A stretch of DNA of 64,000 bases from Candidatus Aenigmatarchaeota archaeon (GTDB taxonomy: Archaea; Aenigmatarchaeota; Aenigmatarchaeia; CG10238-14; SCSR01). The stretch spans positions 512,001 through 576,000 of the forward strand of contig JAVZHQ010000001.1 in NCBI GenBank assembly GCA_038998335.1. The letters run 5' to 3'. The translations under genes and the position numbers were made by a program. Position 1 is the stretch's first letter, and every line of letters begins with the position of its first letter. Positions 57,598-64,000 of this stretch are shown one piece after another. The notes under the pieces were generated by a model. The model had not been told where the DNA came from. It worked only from the letters and a program-made list of their open reading frames with translations, and did not search any database.

Positions 57598-57936
57598 CTA
57601 ATCTACTTTTTTCTTGGTATAAAACACAGTATTCTCTTGAGAAAAAAGCTCCTTAGGCATTATTCCACCTTTTTTAAGAGGAAAAAGATAAACTTCTCCT
57701 TTTTCTTTATCATAATATCTTGCAATAAGTAAATTGTTCTTGCAGATTATTGACATGAAATCATCAAAAGGAAGTTCGCTAAATTTCGTGTTAGAATTTT
57801 CAAAGGGGTTTATCCACTTCGCTTCTTCGATTATCTTTCCTTTTTCATCTGTTCTATGTGGCACCCAAAAAACATCTACAGGATAAAAAACTTCATCCTT
57901 GTACTTTATCTTATCCCAAAATTTCATTCGAATCAA
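57598..57936 (-). CDS. Hypothetical protein
   Basis: 112-aa ORF convergent with tRNA-Leu. Confidence 0.5.
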   Translation of the reverse strand: MIRMKFWDKIKYKDEVFYPVDVFWVPHRTDEKGKIIEEAKWINPFENSNTKFSELPFDDFMSIICKNNLLIARYYDKEKGEVYLFPLKKGGIMPKELFSQENTVFYTKKKVD

Positions 57937-58029
57937 TTAGTTAATGTTAGTAAACAATTTAAGTTTTGCTACAAGAGCAAAAGGCAAAAGTTTTATTAGG
58001 CTTAAAACCATGGTTTAATTATCGAAAAA

Positions 58030-58293
58030 ATGGAAGGCAAGCCTTTAAAAGCAAAAAACCTTAAGGTTATAGACCACTTGGGTACTCTTTATGCTACTTT
58101 TAACGGTAGCAGCATGTGGAAGCTTGACAAAGTTGCTTTTGGGATTTTAAGGATGTGTGACGGAAAAAGAAGTGTTGAAGAAATCGTTAACGAAATAGCG
58201 AAAAGAATTTCTCATAAGCCAGAAGACGTTAAGCCAATTGTAGAGGAAATTTTAAACGAATTAACAAGAATGAAGTTTATAGAATGGGTTTAG
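58030..58293 (+). CDS. PqqD-like/RRE domain protein
   Basis: WKLDKVAFGILRMCDGKRSVEEIV. Confidence 0.8.
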   Translation: MEGKPLKAKNLKVIDHLGTLYATFNGSSMWKLDKVAFGILRMCDGKRSVEEIVNEIAKRISHKPEDVKPIVEEILNELTRMKFIEWV

Positions 58294-58547
58294 AGCTTTT
58301 TTCTTAACTTTTCTAGGATTTCTTCTTCTTTAACAAGCTCAGCAAACCTTTCTTTTAAGAACAAAAGTCTTGCTATCCCTATTTTCCTTTCAACAACTTT
58401 TCCTTCGCCTATAAGCTCATGCACGTATTTTGTTGCGGTAATTCTGCTCATCTTTGCTATTTTTGAGAGCTCTTGAATCGTTAGCCCATCAGGATGCTCT
58501 TTTAGAATGTTTAGAATAATTTCTTTTGAATATTGTTTTTTCCTCAT
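58290..58547 (-). CDS. Winged-helix DNA-binding protein
   Basis: HPDGLTIQELSKIAKMSRITATKYV. Confidence 0.88.
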   Translation of the reverse strand: MRKKQYSKEIILNILKEHPDGLTIQELSKIAKMSRITATKYVHELIGEGKVVERKIGIARLLFLKERFAELVKEEEILEKLRKKL

Positions 58548-58589
58548 ATTTAATAATAGTGTTAAACATCAATATATAGTTTTTGATAG

Positions 58590-58643
58590 CTTGATATCGA
58601 GAATATCAAGTACTTAAATATTATTTGATATTGGGAATATCAA
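58590..58643. promoter_or_regulatory. Twin palindromic operators TTGATAT-N5-ATATCAA
   Basis: cttgatatcgagaatatcaag (58590-58610) and ttgatattgggaatatcaa (58625-58643). Confidence 0.7.
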
Positions 58644-59383
58644 TAGAAAAGGCTCTTAAGCCTTGAAATAAAGCTTGGTTTTTTGTAGTCTAAACCAGAA
58701 AGAAAATGAGCTATTTTAACAAACTCTTCAGCTTTTTTTCTTTTATAAAAAATTAAGGGCATCCTTGCTGCTTCGCTTCTCAAAAAGTCTTCATCCTCTT
58801 TTATTACCCCAAGCAAAGGAAGCTCTACAAGTTGAGAAATTTCTTTTGGTTTAAGCTCAAAATCCTTTTTCCTGTACTTGTTAACTATTATTCCCAAAGG
58901 GTTTATTCCAAGCTGAAGAGCAAGGTTTCTGCATTTTATAGCATCTACTACCGAAGCTATGCTCGGGTTTGTCACTATTATTATGTCATCGCTTGCTTGA
59001 ATTGAAGCTAAGGCTTCTCTTCCAAAACCAGGAGCAGAATCAAGCAAGACTATTTCAAAATCTTTCATAAAATTTTTAATTCTTGCTTTTAAATCAATAG
59101 TCTCTATTCCTGACAAATCTGCTAAGTTTAAGGAAGCAGGCACAACATAAATGTTAAAAACTGGATATAAAGCCTTTTCTATTCCAATCTCATTTCTCAA
59201 AACGTTGTTTAAAGTATTTCCTGGGAGCATCCCAAACTCTAGAGCTAAATGGGAAGTTGTGAAGTTAAAGTCTATTAAACCAACTCTCTTGTTTAGCAAG
59301 CCTAAGGCACAAGCTAAGTTTATTGCCACTGTTGTTTTTCCTACTCCTCCTTTTCCTGCTATTATTCCTATTGTTCTTGTCAT
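58640..59383 (-). CDS. minD: MinD/ParA family ATPase
   Basis: GKGGVGKTT, DSAPG, C-terminal amphipathic FISRLKSLF; start adjusted. Confidence 0.9.
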   Translation of the reverse strand: MTRTIGIIAGKGGVGKTTVAINLACALGLLNKRVGLIDFNFTTSHLALEFGMLPGNTLNNVLRNEIGIEKALYPVFNIYVVPASLNLADLSGIETIDLKARIKNFMKDFEIVLLDSAPGFGREALASIQASDDIIIVTNPSIASVVDAIKCRNLALQLGINPLGIIVNKYRKKDFELKPKEISQLVELPLLGVIKEDEDFLRSEAARMPLIFYKRKKAEEFVKIAHFLSGLDYKKPSFISRLKSLFY

Positions 59384-59739
59384 TTCTTCACCAGCTTGTA
59401 GTATTTCTTTCTGTCTATCAAAACTCCTTCTGTTATTCCTTCTGCTGTTAGCTCTCTGAAGTATTCGTTGCATCGCGTTCTTGAAAGGTTTATTAGCTTG
59501 CTAAGCTGAGAAGAAGTTAGCCTTTTATGCTGCTCAAGCAAGGAAATTATTTGTTCTTTTATCTTTGCTTTTCTCACGCTTTCGTTTTCTTTTCCTTCCT
59601 GAAGCATAGCCTCAAGCTTTTCTATCCTTTTCAAAAGATCTTCTAGTGTTATTTCTTGTTTTGCTTCTTTTTTTGTCGGAACCAAAAAGTTTTTTACTCT
59701 CTGAACAAAGAAAAACTGCTCTTCTCTTAAGCTTTTCAT
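59380..59739 (-). CDS. Coiled-coil plus winged-helix regulator
   Basis: LTSSQLSKLINLSRTRCNEYFREL. Confidence 0.8.
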   Translation of the reverse strand: MKSLREEQFFFVQRVKNFLVPTKKEAKQEITLEDLLKRIEKLEAMLQEGKENESVRKAKIKEQIISLLEQHKRLTSSQLSKLINLSRTRCNEYFRELTAEGITEGVLIDRKKYYKLVKK

Positions 59740-60040
59740 AATTATAATATGTCGAATTGTCGAATTAAATCTTATTATTCGACTGATTGTTGGAGCTCGA
59801 CAGTCAGATTTTTTCCAGCCTTAGATTACTGACTAAAAAATGCCTTGTTTTTAAAAAGCTTTTTTCTTGATTTTTTAAGGTTTAAAGATGGTTTTTTCTA
59901 TCGACACAAAAACTGCTTCTAAATTCTAATACTTCGACAAAAATAGTTAACATTAATGTTAGCCATTAGTATACAGAATAGTCGAGATTTTCTTTGCTCG
60001 AGAAAAAATCGACTGTTTAGAATGGAAAAAATTTTGAGGT

Positions 60041-60466
60041 TTGAAAAAAATGAAAGCTTTGAGCAAGCTTAAGTCGCAAAGTGCAATTTTACCAATCTTT
60101 ACAGTAATCTTAGTAGGTTCGCTTACAGCTTATTCTGTTCAAAACCTAAGCCTTTTAAACAGCTCAGAAAACCCTGAGATAAAAGAAACTGTCGAGACGA
60201 AAAAAGTCGAAATATTCTTGACAGAACCTCAAAAAATTACCAGAGGAGAACAAACAACGATAAAAGCAGAGGTTAAAGCTCTTTCTCAAGTAAGAAACTT
60301 GAAAGTTTATTGGCAAGTTCCTGAAGGTTTGGAAGCTAGTGAAAGAGAAAAGGATTGTGGAGATTTGGAAGCAAACTCTTCTTGCATTTCTGAAATTTTG
60401 GTCAAATCTTCTCTTCTTACTGAGCTAGGAAAAAATGAGATAAAGGTTTTGGTGAGCTATGAGTAG
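60041..60466 (+). CDS. Secreted Ig-like domain protein
   Basis: KSQ plus hydrophobic N-terminus, PQKITRGE, WQVPEGL. Confidence 0.75.
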   Translation: MKKMKALSKLKSQSAILPIFTVILVGSLTAYSVQNLSLLNSSENPEIKETVETKKVEIFLTEPQKITRGEQTTIKAEVKALSQVRNLKVYWQVPEGLEASEREKDCGDLEANSSCISEILVKSSLLTELGKNEIKVLVSYE

Positions 60467-60481
60467 AAAAAAACAAAAAAT

Positions 60482-60901
60482 TCATTTGGATTTGAGTAAG
60501 TCTTCAACTTCCTTATCTGTCAATACTTTAATGAATCTTTGTCTTTTCAATTTTGCGTCTCTTGACCAAATAGGAGCTTTTTTAAAAGCTAAGGATAAGG
60601 CAAAGAATGGAATGTCTTTTTTGTGTGGAGATATTTTTTTAGCTTCTTCTAAAAATTCCAAGTATTTCGACTTAGGAACAATTTCAACAACTTTTTCTAG
60701 CTCCTCTATAAATTTTTTAAACTCAACCTCGCTAAACCCGGTAAATTTTATCAAATCTTTTTTAACCTTCAATAATTCTTCTTTACTAAACTCAGGACTA
60801 ATAACCCTTACTCCTTTATTCCAGAGTTGTTTAAGTAATTTCAGGACTCTACCTTTTCCTGCCAAAGAAAACAATATATTTGTATCTGCAATTAAAAACA
60901 T
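60482..60901 (-). CDS. PIN-domain (VapC-like) toxin
   Basis: IADTNILFS, PHKKDIPFFAL, IWSRD. Confidence 0.92.
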   Translation of the reverse strand: MFLIADTNILFSLAGKGRVLKLLKQLWNKGVRVISPEFSKEELLKVKKDLIKFTGFSEVEFKKFIEELEKVVEIVPKSKYLEFLEEAKKISPHKKDIPFFALSLAFKKAPIWSRDAKLKRQRFIKVLTDKEVEDLLKSK

Positions 60902-61159
60902 CTACAATAACCCATGTTTTTTTGCAATCTCTTCTTTCAGTTTATCACCAAGAATTAATGCTTGTTTTTTTGTTAATTTAGACTTGGACGCAACTCTTTT
61001 AAGTTCTTTAAACGCTAATTCCCTCTCTAACCTTTCTCTTAAAGAGCCTTCGATTCCTTTGGCTATTATTTCAGGTAAGAGTTTTTCCATATCAAGACTT
61101 GCTATAAGTTTCTTAACACTCTTTTCTACTTCTTTTGGTACCTCTAATTCAACTTTCAT
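60902..61159 (-). CDS. Putative antitoxin of the PIN toxin
   Basis: Start adjusted to MKVELEV downstream of TATA tttataaa; KSKLTK..A..LG..LK motif. Confidence 0.75.
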   Translation of the reverse strand: MKVELEVPKEVEKSVKKLIASLDMEKLLPEIIAKGIEGSLRERLERELAFKELKRVASKSKLTKKQALILGDKLKEEIAKKHGLL

Positions 61160-61255
61160 AATTATTTCTTCTTTAACTAGGTTTATAAACCTTCTTTTTT
61201 CAACTCTTGGTTCAATTTTAAAACTTTTCATACAAGCTTGGAAAGGAAGTTTGTT

Positions 61256-64000
61256 ATGAGTAGAAAGTCTGAAGTAGGACAAAGCCAACTTTTCTTAGCA
61301 TTTCTTGTACTCTTGTCAGGAATTACTCTAGTAATAGCAACAAATTCAAGTTTAACAGGAAACTTTGTTTTTAGAAATGAAGATTTAGCTTCTACTTTTA
61401 TAGAAGTCTGGGCAAACACTTCTATTAACCTTGAGTCTAATAAGAATCTTATAATAGCAAGATTACTATTGGATAATTCTTCTGTTTTGCCTGAACAAGA
61501 AATTAAGTTTTACCTTAACGATTCTTTAATTTTTTCCAGTTTTACTGATTCTGAAGGGAAAGTTGAGTTTGAGTTGAAGGAAAGTGGGATTTTAAAAGCA
61601 GTTTTTGAAGGAAATTCTTCTTTGTTTTTAAACCCTTGCTTTTCAGAAATTGAAGTTAAAAAAGTTGAAGAGAATTTAAGCGAAGAAAACGTAACAATTC
61701 CTGAGGTTAATTTAAGCTATTTGACAATTTTTACTGATAAGGAAGAGTATAGTTTGAACGAAACTGTCAATGTTTTTGGAGAGCTTATTTTTGAAGGAAA
61801 AAGAGAAAATGCTCATGCCAATTTAACCTTAGAATTCAACTCTTCTGTTATTTTTTCAGAAGAAGTAGAAATAATAAACGGAAGCTTTAGCTATTCTTTT
61901 GCTGCAAATCTTGAAGAAGAAGGAGTTTATACTTTAGCGATTAAAACTTTAAATCTAACGAACAAAACAAGCTTTTACTTTTCTTTACCCAGAATAAACG
62001 TAACAAAAAACTTAACTCAGCTTTTGGATGTAAATGCTTTCGTTTTTGTAGAGAACATTACTAAAGGAAATAAAACTTTTAAGCTTGTTAAGATTTTTGG
62101 AAATGTTAGTTTTAATCAGAGCTTAACTTTTGCTAATGTTTTTGCTAGAGTAAAAGACCCTGAAGGGGAAACGATTTTTGAAGATGAAACTTTTAGTGAA
62201 AACTTTTTGTTTAGTTTTGAGCTCTTGCCTAAGCGTTCTGGAACTTATGTTGTAGAAATTTTTGCTAAAACAGAGCTTGGAAACGCAAGTAAAAGCTTAA
62301 GTTTTGACGTTTTTAAACACTTAAGACTTAAACCTAAGATTAAGCAAGAAAAATTTAACTATGAGTTGGGAGAAAAAATAAGGTTTGAAATTTTGGTTAT
62401 AGATGAAGATACTAACAAGCTTTATCCTAATGCAAACTTAAAAGTTTTTGTCATCGATCCTGAAGGAAATGAAAAGGAAGTTAGTTTTGATGGAAAAGAT
62501 GGAAAGTATTTTGTAGAAGTAGATATAGGTAAAACCTTTAGGCCGGGGTTGTACAAATTAAAAGTTAAAATTGTGAGGGAAGAACCTACTGAAAAAAGTA
62601 AGGGACAATTCAAACTTTTGAAAACTGAAGAGGAAGTTTTAACTGAAGAGGAAACAAGTTTTGGGGTTGGGTTAGTAGTTATTAATACTCCAAAATCAAT
62701 CTATCTGCTAAAAGAAACTGCTAAAATAATCGTTGGAGTTGTAAATGAAATTGGGAAGAGGGTTGATGATGCAGAAGTTAATGTTTTAGTTTCTTCTCCT
62801 TCTGGGAAGATTTACACATTTTCAACAGTAACTAACTCGGTCATTAACAACGAGGACGGAACTTATGAAATATATTTTAAAGAGTTAGACGAAATTGGCA
62901 ACTACACTATTTTGGCAGACGTTCATACTGATAGTTTTATTGTCAACCAAACATCTTTCTTTGAAGTTAGAGATTTTGTCGAGTTTGATGTTGAAAGAAA
63001 AATGCCAACAATGAGCGAGATTGCATCAGTATTTCAAGTCAAAATTAAAATTGTCCCAAAAATCAATGCTTCTAACGTTTCAGTAGTAGAAAGAGTTCCG
63101 AAGGGCTTTTCCCACATTACTGCTAAAAACGCGAAAATAGAATATGGAGATGATGAATACAGAATTGTTTGGAATTTCGATTATCTTAATTCAGAAAACC
63201 TGATAGAATTAGAGTACTTTTTGGAAAATTATTTTGAATCTCCTGTAATTTTTAAATTTGGACCTTTAACAATAAATTCTTCAGAAACTAGTTTTGTTGA
63301 GCTGAAAGAATGGAACCTTATAGTTACTGATGTTATTTATTACACAATTTTCTGGGAATTTTATAGAGATTCGGAAGCTGTTCATCCGATGGCTTTGTGC
63401 AGAGGAATGAACTACACGATAAGATTTTCCATTGTTGACACAGCAATGGACGAAGATATGGCTTCAAATCAACAAGGAACTTTAAAAATTATGCTAGAGA
63501 ACGAAGGCAGCTTCCAAACATTACCGTACAAAGGTTTTATTTCACAAAACCCACAAACTGTTCAAAGAACAAGAAATGATGCATCTACCTGTTCGGAAAC
63601 AGCCGATAACGATCCTTGTGTTTATAATTTAATTTGGAATTTTAACATTTCTAATACTGCACCTACTGGCTCACATACATTGAAACTGGAACTTTCAACA
63701 ACACCGCAAGCACCAAGATATTTAACTGAGAGAATTAACATCTATGTAACTGATTGTGACCCAATAGGTTTAGCAAGAGATGCACTAATATTGGGTCCGC
63801 AAGATAACGTTGAAATTGACCAAAAAGCTCCAAACTTTTATTCTTATAGAGTAATTGCTGGTAGTTTAGCCAGGTTTGTTTTACCTTTAAAAAATTATGG
63901 AACAAGCTCTGTAAATGCAAATGTATCAATAAAAATATTAAGTGAAGAGAAGGAAGTTAGCTGGTATTTCCCTGAAGGAAACACCCAATCAATAACCCTT
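61256..64000 (+). CDS. Large secreted glycoprotein with MG2/Ig-like domains, runs off window end (not in ORF track)
   Basis: MSRKSEVGQSQLFLAFLVLL...; no stop seen in the parts translated by hand and frame still open at the window end; TDKEEYSLNETV motif; many NxS/T sites. Confidence 0.85.
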   Translation, partial: MSRKSEVGQSQLFLAFLVLLSGITLVIATNSSLTGNFVFRNEDLASTFIEVWANTSINLESNKNLIIARLLLDNSSVLPEQEIKFYLNDSLIFSSFTDSEGKVEFELKESGILKAVFEGNSSLFLNPCFSEIEVKKVEENLSEENVTIPEVNLSYLTIFTDKEEYSLNETVNVFGELIFEGKRENAHANLTLEFNSSVIFSEEVEIINGSFSYSFAANLEEEGVYTLAIKTLNLTNKTSFYFSLPRINVTKNLTQLLDVNAFVFVENITKGNKTFKLVKIFGNVSFNQSLTFANVFARVKDPEGETIFEDETFSENFLFSFELLPKRSGTYVVEIFAKTELGNASKSLSFDVFKHLRLKPKIKQEKFNYELGEKIRFEILVIDEDTNKLYPNANLKVFVIDPEGNEKEVSFDGKDGKYFVEVDIGKTFRPGLYKLKVKIVREEPTEKSKGQFKLLKTEEEVLTEEETSFGVGLVVINTPKSIYLLKETAKIIVGVVNEIGKRVDDAEVNVLVSSPSGKIYTFSTVTNSVINNEDGTYEIYFKELDEIGNYTILADVHTDSFIVNQTSFFEVRDFVEFDVERKMPTMSEIASVFQVKIKIVPKINASNVSVVERVPKGFSHITAKNAKIEYGDDEYRIVWNFDYLNSENLIELEYFLENYFESPVIFKFGPLTINSSETSFVELKEWNLIVTDVIYYTIFWEFYRDSEAVHPMALCRGMNYTIRFSIVDTAMDEDMASNQQGTLKIMLENEGSFQTLPYKGFISQNPQTVQRTRNDASTCSETADNDPCVYNLIWNFNISNTAPTGSHTLKLELSTTPQAPRYLTERINIYVTDCDPIGLARDALILGPQDNVEIDQKAPNFYSYRVIAGSLARFVLPLKNYGTSSVNANVSIKILSEEKEVSWYFPEGNTQSITL

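Noticed and set aside
56190-57600. Integrated element with att sites at tRNA-Gly or tRNA-Leu
   Set aside because: No duplicated tRNA 3' end and no integrase found in the window
60459-61259. 266-aa plus-strand ORF
   Set aside because: Antisense shadow of the TA pair; its MSRK start is the duplicated junction
1-64000. CRISPR array, rRNA, integrase or transposase
   Set aside because: No regularly spaced repeats, rRNA-like tract or recombinase ORF seen

Overview
AT-rich archaeal chromosomal segment. Gene style (S-layer protein, archaeosortase-like protease, CDC48, type IA topoisomerase, Pth2, IorA/B, intron-bearing tRNAs without encoded CCA, many Cys-rich surface proteins) suggests a DPANN archaeon, possibly Aenigmarchaeota-like; that is inference. 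It holds about 65 CDS, four tRNA genes carrying five introns, three inteins, a free-standing LAGLIDADG gene and two toxin-antitoxin pairs. The most striking signals involve RNA splicing. (1) The 32-34 nt canonical introns of tRNA-Leu(CAA) and tRNA-Gln(TTG) share one layout: an antisense stretch to their own anticodon arm, a D-like box and a C-like box, with the +5 rule landing on wobble position 34 in both. They look like minimal self-guiding C/D 2'-O-methylation RNAs. (2) A protein-coding gene just upstream of topA is interrupted by a 13-nt element folding into a tRNA-type bulge-helix-loop motif; its removal restores the frame, suggesting an mRNA micro-intron. Also seen: related 12-nt introns at position 29/30 in two tRNAs, gene insertions that duplicate overlapping stop/start junctions, DNA homogenisation inside CDC48 and a giant surface protein, and several operator arrays. 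All coordinates were read by hand and no database searches were run.
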